Shown here in pieces: positions 44,052 through 54,609 of a DNA stretch of 64,000 bases (positions are counted from its first letter, which is position 1; each line of letters starts with the position of its first letter). The translations under genes and the position numbers were made by a program. A model generated the notes under the pieces. It was given only the letters and a program-made list of their open reading frames with translations, was not told the origin of the DNA and did not search any database. Location of the stretch: the NCBI GenBank assembly GCA_025594325.1, contig JANHCV010000002.1:1116001-1180000 (forward strand). Direction: 5' to 3'. Source of the stretch: Blastocladiella emersonii ATCC 22665. Taxonomy: Eukaryota > Fungi > Blastocladiomycota.

Positions 44052-45551
44052 CTACTCCTTCTTGCTCGCGGAGCGCTTGGACCGCTTAGCTCCCGCCGCG
44101 GGGGCAGCGGATGCGGAGGTCTTGGCCTTCTTGGCGGCGGGCGCGGGCGAGGACTCGACCGAGTCGGCGGCGGCCTTGCGCTTGGCGGCGGTCTTGGGCG
44201 TGGCGGCCGAGGGCGTCTTGGCCTTGGGCGTCACCTCGTCGTCGGTCTTGCCGGCGGCCGACCGCTTGGACGCGGAGGGCGTGGCCTTGGGGGTGGCCTT
44301 GGGCGTCGCGTCCTTGTCCTCGGCGGCGGTGGCCGACTTCTTGGAGGCCGGGGTCGCGGCCTTGGCGGGGGTGGTGGCCTTGGCGGGCGTCGCCTTGGCG
44401 GGGGTCGCCGACTTGGCGGGAGTAGACTTGGCCGAGGCAGCCTTGGCGGCGGGTGTCGCCTTGGCCGAGGCCGGGGCGGCGGCGGCGGCGGGAGTCGCAG
44501 CGGGCGTGGTAGCCTTCTTGGCGGGGGTACCGGCGGGCGTCGCGGCCTCCTTCTTGACGGCAACAGCAGCGGAGCCCGACTTCTTGGAGGCCTTGGAGGC
44601 CTTGGTGGGCTCAACGGCGGCGGGAGCAGCGGGCGCGGCGGCGGGCTCCTCCTTCTTGATCTCCTTCTCAATCTCCTTCTTGGGCTCCTCGGCTTCGGTC
44701 TCGGCCTTGTTACCGAACACGTTGGCGTCGGCGGCGAGCTTGGCGAAGGAGACGGGCGAGAAGTCGTAGTCGATGCCGAGAGCGGCGATCTTCTTAGCGC
44801 GGGCCTTCTCCTTGGTGATGAGGTTCTTGACCGACTTGACGACGGCGGCGTTGTCCTTGGTGCGGTTGGCGGTGCGCATGGCGGCGGCGGCGAGGTTGAC
44901 GCGGTGGAACTTGCGGTTGGCGCCCTTGAAGAGCTCGGGGTGGACCTGGTCGATCGGGACGCGGTTGCACTTGAGGACGTGGCCGAACATGACGTAGTTG
45001 TCCATGGTGCTGGCGACCACGTCGGCGACGGCCTCGCTCTCGAACTCGACGAAGGCGTAGTGCTTGGACGCGCCCGTCTTCTTGTTGCGCGACAGGCGGA
45101 GACGCGTCACCTTGCCGAACTGCGAGAAGTAGTTGACCATCTCCTCCTCGTAGAAGCCGTGCGGGATGCGGCCGAGGAACACGACGCCGCGGGGCTCCTT
45201 GGCGGCGGCCGCCTTCTTGCCCTTCTTCTTGTGCTGCTTCTTGTCGGCAGCGGACGACGCCTCCTCGGCCTCCTCGGCATCGTCCTCGGCATCGGCGACA
45301 ATGGTGATGGCGTCCGTGTCGTTGAGGGCGCCCTCGTCGGCGTCGGAGTCGTCGGCGTCCGAGTCGGCCTGGCGGCGCAGCTCGATCAGCTCCTCGGTGA
45401 TGTCCTGCTTCTCGGGGGCGGCGGCCTTGCCGGCGGCGACCTGCTTCTTGGACTTCTTGATGGTCTTGAGCAGGTCGGCCTTGCGGCGCTCCTCGACGCG
45501 CGCCTTCTTGGACTTGGCGTCCTTGGACGGGATCTTCTTCGAGATGGGCAT
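44052..45551 (-). CDS. NOP15: Nop15/NIFK RRM ribosome-biogenesis protein with long Ala/Lys/Thr-Pro C-tail
   Basis: GVVFLGRIPHGFYEEEMVNYFSQFGKVTRLRLSRNKKTGASKHYAFVEF...MDNYVMFGHVLKC and HPELFKGANRKF. Confidence 0.92.
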   Translation of the reverse strand: MPISKKIPSKDAKSKKARVEERRKADLLKTIKKSKKQVAAGKAAAPEKQDITEELIELRRQADSDADDSDADEGALNDTDAITIVADAEDDAEEAEEASSAADKKQHKKKGKKAAAAKEPRGVVFLGRIPHGFYEEEMVNYFSQFGKVTRLRLSRNKKTGASKHYAFVEFESEAVADVVASTMDNYVMFGHVLKCNRVPIDQVHPELFKGANRKFHRVNLAAAAMRTANRTKDNAAVVKSVKNLITKEKARAKKIAALGIDYDFSPVSFAKLAADANVFGNKAETEAEEPKKEIEKEIKKEEPAAAPAAPAAVEPTKASKASKKSGSAAVAVKKEAATPAGTPAKKATTPAATPAAAAAPASAKATPAAKAASAKSTPAKSATPAKATPAKATTPAKAATPASKKSATAAEDKDATPKATPKATPSASKRSAAGKTDDEVTPKAKTPSAATPKTAAKRKAAADSVESSPAPAAKKAKTSASAAPAAGAKRSKRSASKKE

Positions 45552-46001
45552 GGCGGCGGCGTGGGAGGGGGTGGTCGGAGTGCCGCAAGTCGGTCGATGC
45601 GTCAAGATCCGTCGCGGTTTACGTTGCTGCTCTGATCCACGCGTTCGCCGAGTCTGGCGCGCACGCGTGTGGCAGGCGCGAGCGCGACGGCAGAGCGCGG
45701 TGCGGGAGGTGTTGATCGAGGTCGGGTGGGGTCAGGTGACGCGTCGCGGGGTGGCCTCTCGCCTCGATTTCAAAGTGGCGAAACGCGGCCACGGCGCGCG
45801 CGGCCTTCAAAAGGTGACTCGGCCCCCGCCGGTCGCTGCTGAGCCGCAGGACCCTGGACCCGCTGAGCCGCACCCGCCCTCTCTCCCTTCCTCCATCGGT
45901 ACCCGACCCTACCACCGCCATGAATCACTCGATGCAAGTCCACGGCAACTGATGAACGCGTCACGCACGCAACAGCTCCCAACCCGACCGCCTGATCCAC
46001 C

Positions 46002-46634
46002 ATGTCCGAGGCCGCCGATGACGAGCTCACCCTGCCCAAGTGTACGCGACCCCGCTGGATCGGTGACCAGCGCGCGTGAGCACTAACCCCTAACCCCACG
46101 TAGCCACCGTGGCCAAGCTTGTGAGCGAGATGATGCCGGCCGAGATGATGTGCGCCAAGGAGACGCGCGACCTGCTCGTCGAGTGCTGCGTGGGTACGCT
46201 GTTCTCCTGCCGCTCTGACGCGTCGCTGTCCCCATCGCTCACCGATCCCCACAGAATTCATCCACCTCGTGTCGTCCGAGGCCAACGACGTGTGCGAGCG
46301 CGACTCGCGCAAGACGATTGCGCCCGAGCACGTGCTGTCGGCGCTCGAGGCGCTCGGCTTCGACGACATGCTCGAGTCGGTGCGCGCCGCGTGGGACGAG
46401 CACAAGGAGTCGATTAAGGAGCGCGAGAAGCGCACCAAGCGCCTCGAGAAGACGGGGCTCGACAGCGAGGACATGGCCCGCGCCCAGGAGGAGATGTTTG
46501 CCCAGGCCCGCATGCGCATGCAGCAGACTACGAACGGCGGCGGTAGCAGCGCGCCGGACGCGGCAGCGGCAGCGGCAGCGGCAGCGGCGGCGGCAGCACC
46601 AACAGCAGGCGCGCCCGAGTCGCAGGAGGACTAG
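46002..46634 (+). CDS. NCB2: NC2 beta (Dr1) negative cofactor 2 subunit; 2 introns
   Basis: DDELTLPK|ATVAKLVSEMMP...KETRDLLVECCV|EFIHLVSSEANDVCERDSRKTIAPEHVLSALEALGF, and QEEMFAQAR. Confidence 0.95.
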
Positions 46635-46730
46635 CTCGCTCGCTCGTGCCCCTCTCGTGTAAATGTTTGGTAATTCATACGTTGTGATTGACTCTCCGCC
46701 CACATGCTCCCACGCGCACGAGCAATCCTC

Positions 46731-47853
46731 CTACTTGCGCTGCGCCGGCACGGGCTTGGGCCCGCTGCCCGCGGCCTTGGGGTCCTCGGACGGCCCGCCG
46801 AGCACCATCATGAGCACCACGGGGAGAATGTACATCCAGTACTTGCGCAGGAACGACTGGTTCTCGGCCGCGGCCGCCGGATCGTCCTCGCGGTCCACGT
46901 CGCCGAGCTCCTCCTCGTCCGTAAGCTCGACCACGGGCGCCGCCGCCGCCTCGGTGGCAGCCGCAGGGGCTGACCCGTCGGTCGCGGTCGCCGTCGCCGA
47001 CTTGGACAGGCGCAGCTTGAGGCGCTTCTTGGGCGTCGCCGGCTTGGCCGCGGCCGCGGCGCCGTCGCCCACGGGCTTGAGCGGGCTACATTCGTGACGA
47101 TGGAGCGTGAGTTGGCGTTGCGGGAGACCGCGCGATGTTTTCGCGTACCGCGGCAGCGTCAGCGTCTGGGCGACCTCGGCCGCCGTCTCAATGTTGGGGA
47201 TCACCTTGGACGACCCAGAGCACGCGCTGGCGCCCGAGATCCAGTCAAACGACGCGACCTCGCCGCGCTCGTCGAGGTGCAACCGCACGCTGTCCGTCGG
47301 CGCGACCCAGCACTACACTTTCGCGTCAGTACCACCGCCACATCCTCGTCCGTTCGTGACACGACACGTACCGCCGGGTACACGCGCACCACATCCCCCT
47401 TGCCGTCACCGCGGACCAGGCGGACCGCGTACACCTGCTGCGCGGGGTCGCGCACCGACACCCCCGACTCAGCCGATGCCGACGGCACGGGGTTCGCGGT
47501 CCAGATACGCTTCGACGCGGGACTCCCCGGCGCGCCGAGCGGGTCGAACGCCTGCACCTCGACGGCCGTCTTGCGCGCCCACGCGTCGGCCGGGATCCCG
47601 CCCGCGTGCGACGCGACGGCCGACTGGTCGACCACGGCGTGCTCGAGCGTGTACGTGGTCGAGACCACGGGCTAGTGGTTCATGGGAACGGGTCAGGTCC
47701 GCGAATATGAAGGCGTGCAAAGCGGGAGGGAGGGCAGACCTTGCGGTCCTTGCCGGTCGCGGCGGCGACGGTCGCGATCTGGCACGCGGCGAGGGCGGCG
47801 ACGGCGAGCAGCAGCGCGCTGGTCGTGAGCTGGGATTTGCGAGATTGTTTCAT
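46731..47853 (-). CDS. EMC10: ER membrane complex subunit 10-like; 3 introns
   Basis: Signal peptide, YTLEHA, SVRLHLDERGEV, and C-terminal ENQSFLRKYWMYILPVVLMMVLGG. Confidence 0.8.
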
Positions 47854-48137
47854 GGTTGCGTGTTGCAGAGAGAGGAGCGCGAGCCCGCGCAAGGGCGGCG
47901 AAGAGAGGAGGGTGAGCGACGCGGCGGCGCGGGCGACGCCCACGCTCACGCGGCTCCGCCACACCACGCCTCACACACGCGAACCGGGTCAAGAGAGGCA
48001 GGAACGAGTACAGCTACGATTGCGACAATAAATTACAAATGACTGCATCGGACGGGTAGGGAACCGCAAAAAGAGACAGAGGAGGGGAACATCAAAGAGG
48101 GAGGGGACGAGGGCCAGCAACCAAGCGACGACGACGC

Positions 48138-48828
48138 TTAGACCGAGTACGCGTCGCCCTTGGGGAACGACCGCTGGGTCTGGAGCGACTCGGAGTGGAA
48201 CTGGTACTTGATGAGGGCATCGGGCTTGAGGCCGAGCGCGGCCTTCCACTTCTTGCCGAGGGCCTTGGTCTTCTCCTCGTCGACGGCGGTGCGCGTCCAC
48301 AGGCACAGCTTGTGGCCGCGGGCGCGCACCGACACGACGATGCCGCAGATCTCCTGCGTGTCCTCGAACTGCTCGCCGATGGCGAACATGCACGAGTCCA
48401 TCCACATGCGCGACAGGTTCGACAGGTCGCCCGCGCTCACCGACACGAGCCACTTGCCGCCCTCGCGGTTCGCCGCGTCCTCCCACCCGGGGAAGATGCC
48501 CTCGCGGAACAGGTTGTAGTCGGACGACGGCGCCAGCTCGTCCACCTTGGGGATGTTGTTGAACAGGCTACACGAGGTGCGCGCCGGTTAGCGTACGCGC
48601 AAACGCGCGCGGTGCAAGCGGAACGGACCCCCAGAAGTCCTCGACCGTCTCGAGGTGCATGACCGTCTTGACGTTCTCCTCCCAGTTGGTCTTGTTCTTG
48701 GACGGCCCGTTGTACGACACGGTCCACTTGCAGTGCAGCGGGTGCGGGCCAGCCGACACCGCGGCGGCGGCGGGGGCCTCGGTGGCGGCGGCAGCGACGG
48801 GCGCCGCGTTGATCTCGACCTCAGACAT
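48138..48828 (-). CDS. eIF4E: Translation initiation factor eIF4E; 1 intron
   Basis: HPLHCKWT, TVEDFWG|LFNNI, DYNLFREGIFPGWEDAANREGGKW, AIGEQF, ICGIVVSVR, WTR. Confidence 0.96.
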
Positions 48829-49306
48829 GATGGGGGTGGGTTGGGGGTGGGGCGCGTGTACTGGAACCGTGCGGCGAGCGACGGGGCGAGAACACGACGG
48901 CGGTGTAGACAGAGGGATCAGACACGCGGGAACGGTGTCGAGATACGGGTGCCGGGCGCGGTGCGGGCAGTCGTTGATTCCGTCGAGCTACGTGGGTGCA
49001 CACGGCGGGTGTGCTCTGGTGAGCACGCCGCCGCCGAGCGCGAGCTGCGCCAAAACGAGGCAGTCGCGGCGAGGAGAGAAAAGGAGCGCTCGTGTCACCT
49101 GATGTCACACGCGTGGCAACTACGCGAGAAATTACGCGAGGACGACGCAGAAAAATCATGGAGGTGGGTGGGACTGAATGTATAACCGTAATAGGACAAG
49201 CGGAAAGAGGAAAACGAGATACTGGGGTGGGAGAGTGTGATATGAAATACGGGAGAGTGACGGGCACACGCGTCGCCCGACTTCCATGATCGCCGCGCGC
49301 GGCGCT

Positions 49307-50107
49307 TTACTGGGCGGCAGCGGCAGCAGCAGCAGCAGGGGCGGGCTGGGCAGGCGGGGCCATGCGCGAGTCGGCGAAGCGGATGAGCGCGTCGCGGGCG
49401 TAGAGGTAGGCGCGGCCGACGTGCGAGAGGACGTTGGGCTGGGCGGCGAGGGGCTCGAAGCGGGTGTCGAGCTCGCGGCGGACGACCGAGGACGCAGAGC
49501 GGGTGGTGGCCGACGTCAGGTACCGGACCATGACGAACTGGAAGTAGACGAGCGGCGCGATGATGGCCTGGCTGAAGGTGATGAGCTGGTACGCGAGGAA
49601 CAGCGGCGTGGCCGTGATCTCCCAGTACGCGGCAAAGTGCAGCGCCTGCGGCTGGTACTTGGCCGAGAAGGCGCCGGCCTTGGTCGCGAGCGCCGTGAGC
49701 GCGGGCGGCGCGGTGCCCGGCGGGAACACGGCGGGCAGCAGCATGTCCTTGGTGTACCCGATGCAGTGGAAGATGGAGAAGGCGGCGAACGGCACTAGCA
49801 GCGGCGTGCACGGCGACGCCAGAAGGTAAAAGAAGAAGGCCAGGATGAAGTAGTGCGCGTTGAGGTCCGTCGCCATGCGCTGCGCCGCCGCCTTGATGCC
49901 CGCGGCACGGTACGTCGGCGCGTGCTGGCGGTACAGCACCACGCCGTACGCGACCATGGCGCCGAGCAGCGCGCGGTAGTAGGCACCCGTGCTGCGCAGC
50001 AGGAACGCCGCCGGCAGACCGATCACGGACAGCAGGTGGCCCACGAACCAGGCAAACTGCGGGTGCTTGGCCACGCGCAGCAGGCGCTGAGCGGCAGTGT
50101 TGGACAT
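49307..50107 (-). CDS. POM33: TMEM33/Pom33 family ER and nuclear pore membrane protein
   Basis: Start MSNTAAQR at 50107. HPQFAWFVGH, YYRALLGAMVAYGVVLY, DLNAHYFILA, LVPFAAFSIFHCIGY, YFQFVMVRY. Confidence 0.82.
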   Translation of the reverse strand: MSNTAAQRLLRVAKHPQFAWFVGHLLSVIGLPAAFLLRSTGAYYRALLGAMVAYGVVLYRQHAPTYRAAGIKAAAQRMATDLNAHYFILAFFFYLLASPCTPLLVPFAAFSIFHCIGYTKDMLLPAVFPPGTAPPALTALATKAGAFSAKYQPQALHFAAYWEITATPLFLAYQLITFSQAIIAPLVYFQFVMVRYLTSATTRSASSVVRRELDTRFEPLAAQPNVLSHVGRAYLYARDALIRFADSRMAPPAQPAPAAAAAAAAQ

Positions 50108-51120
50108 GATGGTGGGTTGTTGGGCAATGGGGCGGGCTGGACTGGTTACACGAGAATAGGGCACGCAAGAGGAGCGTTGGTGGTGAGTAGGGCGGCGAGA
50201 GCGGGCGCAAACGCGATCGGGGGCGGGCGACCGAGATGATGAGCCACCCCCGCTCGCTTGGCGCGGCACGGACGATGAGTGCGCGGTTGCATGCGAGTCG
50301 TGGCAGCTGGGCAACAATGTCCCCAAGTGCACGACCCGCATGCAACCAGTGCACTCGCATGGATGCATCACGGCAGCGCCGGAGCGAGGGGCAGCGATCG
50401 CGCAGCGCTCCGGCCATGGGGAGCGTCCAGACGGTGAGGCGGCACCTACATTGCAGAGTGTGTGGGGTTGCCGGTGCGGCCAGATGATGTGGTCGGCGTG
50501 GAGAGAGAGGGGAGGGCGATCGCGACGCGGTGGCGAGGGAGGTGCCGAGGTGGCAAGCAGGGCGCCATGACCGGTGGCGAACGCAGGGGAAGGAGGCGCC
50601 ACGTCGAGCGCCGCCACGTGGGCTGCCGTCACGCCGTTTCGCGACGCGTCCCGCCACCGCCGCGGTGCGAGACACGCGCCCGCGAGACGCGCTATATTGT
50701 TCGCCACCCGTATATTCGCGCCGCGGGAGAGTATACGATCGGGATACACGCTGCAAACCGTCTCGCAGCACGTCCAACCTGTCACGGCGCAGGTGATCCG
50801 GCCGCGGCAGCCGTGATACGGCGAGGTGGGCGCGCTTGGATCGGGCCGAGGCCGAGTCTTTATGATCCAGTACAGCCTCGCATTTTGTGCATGTTGACCA
50901 CTTTTGATTAGACCCCATGCATTCAACCACCATGTCGCTCGAGTGCCACCTTGGCCTCTCTCCTCCCCCTTCCATCCACCCTTCGCCAAGATACTATACC
51001 CACCCCTGTACTCGCATGTACCCGAACGGAGCCTCACCTTGCTCCTGACTATATCATCTGCGTCAACTGCCGCGGGCGCCCCGTCGCCCGTACCCCGTAT
51101 CGACCACCCACCCCGCCGCC

Positions 51121-52767
51121 ATGCCCGCGCAAGACCTCCGGGACCTGACCCGACAATCCTCGTCGGCGAGCGACATTTATCCGGCCTCGCTGCCATCCGA
51201 GGACAGCGGCGAGACCATGGACGTAGACATGTCCGGCTACGCCGCCCGCTACCGCGCCCTATACCTCGCCGACCTCGCCGAGCACACGGTCGTCGCCTCG
51301 GACCCCATGCTCACCGAGGTGGGCGTCGCGTGGCCGCCGTCATCGACCGCCGACTACAGCGGTTCCGAGGAGGCTGCTGTCGACGACGAGACTTTCTTCG
51401 ACCTCCCACCAAACCAGCTCGACGAGGGCAACGAGGACGGGTCGTCCGCAGACCAGCAGCAACCGTCGGCCGACGAGCCGCACCCGTCGACCATGGCCGC
51501 CCTGTCCGACCTGATCGATGATATCATGGACCGCGAGTTCCCGCTCCACCGCGTCGTGCGCAGCGCCTCGCCGCGGTCCACCGAGCACATGGGCGACCGC
51601 CGCCGCGGCTCGCGCGACAGCAACAGCGGCAGCGACCTCGGCGACCCGCTGTCGTGGGACGCGCTCGAGGGCACGGGTACCCGCGACTCGCCGCACTTCC
51701 TCAACGACTCCAACGACCCGTACGCCGAAAACCGGTCGTGGTTCTCCAACGTCGCGATGCGCGAGCTCGGCGCCATGGGGGCCAGCAACACCTCGCTCGG
51801 GTCCGCGCCCACCGACGCCGTCATGTCGCTCGACCCGGCGCAGCACTACCACGCCCGCGACGACGGCGGGTCGGAGGACGACGCGCAGTCCGAGGCCACC
51901 TCGATCCCGCGCGACGAGTGGGCCGCGTACACGGCATGGTCTGCGGCCTCGTCCTCGTCATCCGCCCCCGCCGACCACTTCCCGGCCCGCCCGCACGTCC
52001 GCAACGCGGCCATGCGCGAGCATTCGTTCGCGTCCACGTCCGACGACCTGTGGGCGTACCTCGACCAGTCGGCCGCCGCCAACACGGACCGGGATACGGA
52101 TAACGACGAGAACACGCCGCCACCCGCCGCGTCGCGCGCGCGGCCCGTGACACCTACGTTCGGCCGCTCGGGCAACCGCGACGACGACGCCGAGAGCACC
52201 GCCAGCGACACCATGGACGTCGTCACCGAGGACCGCGAGGGATCCGACCACCGCGACCCGCGGCTCGAAGACTTTTTCATGTCCAGCCGCGACTGGGCCA
52301 TCTCGCAGCAGCAGTCCTCGTCGTCGGCCGCCAGCGCCAGTAACAGCGGGACCGGGCTCTCGAACCTCGTCCACGACCTGCGCGACATGCGCCTGCGCGG
52401 CAACCGCGCGGGCTCGCGCGTCGCCGACCGGTGGACGCTCTCGCACGAGTGCTCGTGGAACGACGGGCTCGGGTCGCCGTCGCCGTCGAGTTCGGGTTTC
52501 GCGCGGCCACCGACGCGCCCAGCGCCCATGATGCGCCCGCGTCTCGCCGCAGCGCGCGGGGCGGGCGCCGCGTGGCCGTGGTCCGGGACGCTCGCGGGCC
52601 GGTGGTCGACGTCGTCGTCGGCGTCTTCATCCATGTCCGCGCTCTCCGCGGGCGGCGCGGTCCCGGCCACGAGCGATTGCGGCAGCGGGAGCGCGAAGCA
52701 GTGGCCTGTCGTCTCGCAGCGCCGCGTTATGGGCGGCGTCCAGATCAGCGCCGCGAGCTACGTGTAG
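51121..52767 (+). CDS. Hypothetical acidic Ser-rich, largely disordered protein
   Basis: 548-aa intronless ORF with the genome's codon bias, followed by an AT-rich 3' tract. No domain recognised. Confidence 0.6.
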   Translation: MPAQDLRDLTRQSSSASDIYPASLPSEDSGETMDVDMSGYAARYRALYLADLAEHTVVASDPMLTEVGVAWPPSSTADYSGSEEAAVDDETFFDLPPNQLDEGNEDGSSADQQQPSADEPHPSTMAALSDLIDDIMDREFPLHRVVRSASPRSTEHMGDRRRGSRDSNSGSDLGDPLSWDALEGTGTRDSPHFLNDSNDPYAENRSWFSNVAMRELGAMGASNTSLGSAPTDAVMSLDPAQHYHARDDGGSEDDAQSEATSIPRDEWAAYTAWSAASSSSSAPADHFPARPHVRNAAMREHSFASTSDDLWAYLDQSAAANTDRDTDNDENTPPPAASRARPVTPTFGRSGNRDDDAESTASDTMDVVTEDREGSDHRDPRLEDFFMSSRDWAISQQQSSSSAASASNSGTGLSNLVHDLRDMRLRGNRAGSRVADRWTLSHECSWNDGLGSPSPSSSGFARPPTRPAPMMRPRLAAARGAGAAWPWSGTLAGRWSTSSSASSSMSALSAGGAVPATSDCGSGSAKQWPVVSQRRVMGGVQISAASYV

Positions 52768-52813
52768 GATGAACGAGGATGGGTGTGTCTAGTAAATAAA
52801 TATCCAGTGTATT

Positions 52814-52973
52814 CTAGTCGAGTTTCGTCCGCCGAGAGTCCGCTGAGTGAGGTTCGGCCACCTCGACGCTCAGCCGGGCCCCCATGGCCGCGGCGGACTC
52901 GCGTAACGCCGCGAGGACGCGCTGGTTCTTCGTGTCGACGCGTACGGTCCCGCCCGAGCAAGTGAACTTGGTG
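52814..52973 (-). pseudogene. C-terminal fragment of a 4th F-box-like/LRR family member
   Basis: TKFTCSGGTVRVDTKNQRVLAALRESAAAMGARLS vs copy 2 AKFTVPGGTVLVDTKDQHVLAVLRERAAAMAVALS. TAG at 52814-52816. Confidence 0.75.
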
Positions 52974-54355
52974 CACGTTTGTGACGCAACGCGACGCGAC
53001 GCGTTCGGGCTTGAACTCACCTCGCTTCCACCGCCACCGCCAACTCCCCCGATTTCTAGGCGAGCGCTACTACCGCGTCGTTCCCCCCGTCGGCGAGTTT
53101 GTTCCTGGCAAGATGGCCCTCGTGATCTTCGACGCCATTGCCGCTCGCATCTCGGGCAAGCGCCCCGAGGCTGGCAAGTCGTTCTTCACCCTCGGCAAGG
53201 CCCGCTACGGCGAGACCTTCGCCACGGAGGTCGGAGAGTTCGTGCGCATGGTTGGCGCTATCATTCCTATGCCTTTCGTGTGGATGGTGGTGCGTATTTC
53301 GTCGAGAAACCGATTGCCGACCGACCCGGGACCGAACCAGGACTGACCCCCGAACCCCCTCCCGACCCGATTTCGCAGTACGACCAGCAGTCGACCGAGT
53401 GGAACATGCAGTACGACCGCATGCACCAGTACTTTGGCGGTCTCTACATCAGCAACGAGCTGTGGAACTCGTTCATCAACCCTGGTGCGTTCCGACCCAA
53501 CCCTCTCGCTGCTACAGGTCGCTGACACACCTCTCCGCTCTCGCTGCCCTCCCCTAGTCCTGATTGTGCCCCTCGTCTTCATTATGTCGACCTACGTGTA
53601 CCCCGCCGTCGAGCGCGCCGGCGTCAAGGTCACCCCGCTCCGCCGCATGGGACTCGGCTTCTTCCTCGTTGCCTTCTCGTTCGTCATGAGCGGCTTCCTC
53701 CAGGGCATCGTCATCAACAACTTCAACGGCGAGGTCAACGACGACGGCATCCAGATCGTCCGCAGCAAGGAGGACTGCTCGACGTGCGTGCACGGCGCGT
53801 GGCAGCTGCCCCAGTGGTTCATGCTCTCGCTCGGCGAGGCCCTCTTCTCGCCCACGGGCAACGAGTTTGCGTACACGGAGGTGTCCAAGTCGCTCAAGGC
53901 GTTCGCCGCCTCGTTCTGGCTCGTCACGGTCGCGCTCGGCAACTTCATCATTGTGGTCTTCGAGGAGATTGCTGGCGAGGCCGAGTGGGCCGTCGGCCCC
54001 CTGGGCACCAAGCCCGCCAAGTACTACTTCTACTCGGCCGTCGCGTTCGCCGCCAACGTCTACTTTATCCTGTACGCGCGTGGCTTCCGCTACCGCGCGC
54101 AGTAAGTCGGGTGTCGCGTAGATCTCTCCTCTCCCTCCTCTCCTCGGCCTTGATGGCCTTTTTGAATATAGACCTTTCCCAATCTCCATCGAATCGTTGT
54201 CTTTCGGGCTTCCATTGTAAATCTCGCGAGAGTGCTGTAAATGAAGCATCATACCCGTGCGATGAGACATGGAGCGATGCCACGTCGTCAAAGGACCACG
54301 CGTCGAGCAACGGCATGAAAGACGCGTCGCGAAAACACGTGAGGTGCGAGACACT
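52974..54355 (+). pseudogene. 5'-truncated inverted duplicate of PTR2 (from intron 3 through stop 54105 and 3' flank)
   Basis: Reverse complement of about 35123-36495. Track ORFs in several frames are identical between the loci (e.g. 53434-54105 vs 35373-36044). Lacks the ATG and the first exons including ExxERFxYY. Confidence 0.9.
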
Positions 54356-54609
54356 CGCAAATCTTCATGCGAAGCGGGCCAGGCGGACCCGCTTCGCGTT
54401 GTTTACAGGTAACGTACATAGCGTATGGCTTCCCTCATTTGAGGTGTTCGCAAGTCGTAACCTTGCAACTGCTCCACCGTGTGTGATCAAGCAAACGGAC
54501 CGGAAAACCTGTATTGACCGCCGAAACCCGCGAAGCCCGAGTCCGACTGGGTCCCCACATTTCTTGTACTGTGGCCCTAAGTGCCCTTTATACACCTGTA
54601 TTGCGCGGG

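Noticed and set aside
49095-51196. 626- and 629-aa minus-strand ORFs suggesting a long N-terminal extension or fusion on POM33
   Set aside because: Family similarity and coding-like codon usage begin only at ATG 50107. The upstream part reads like intergenic DNA.
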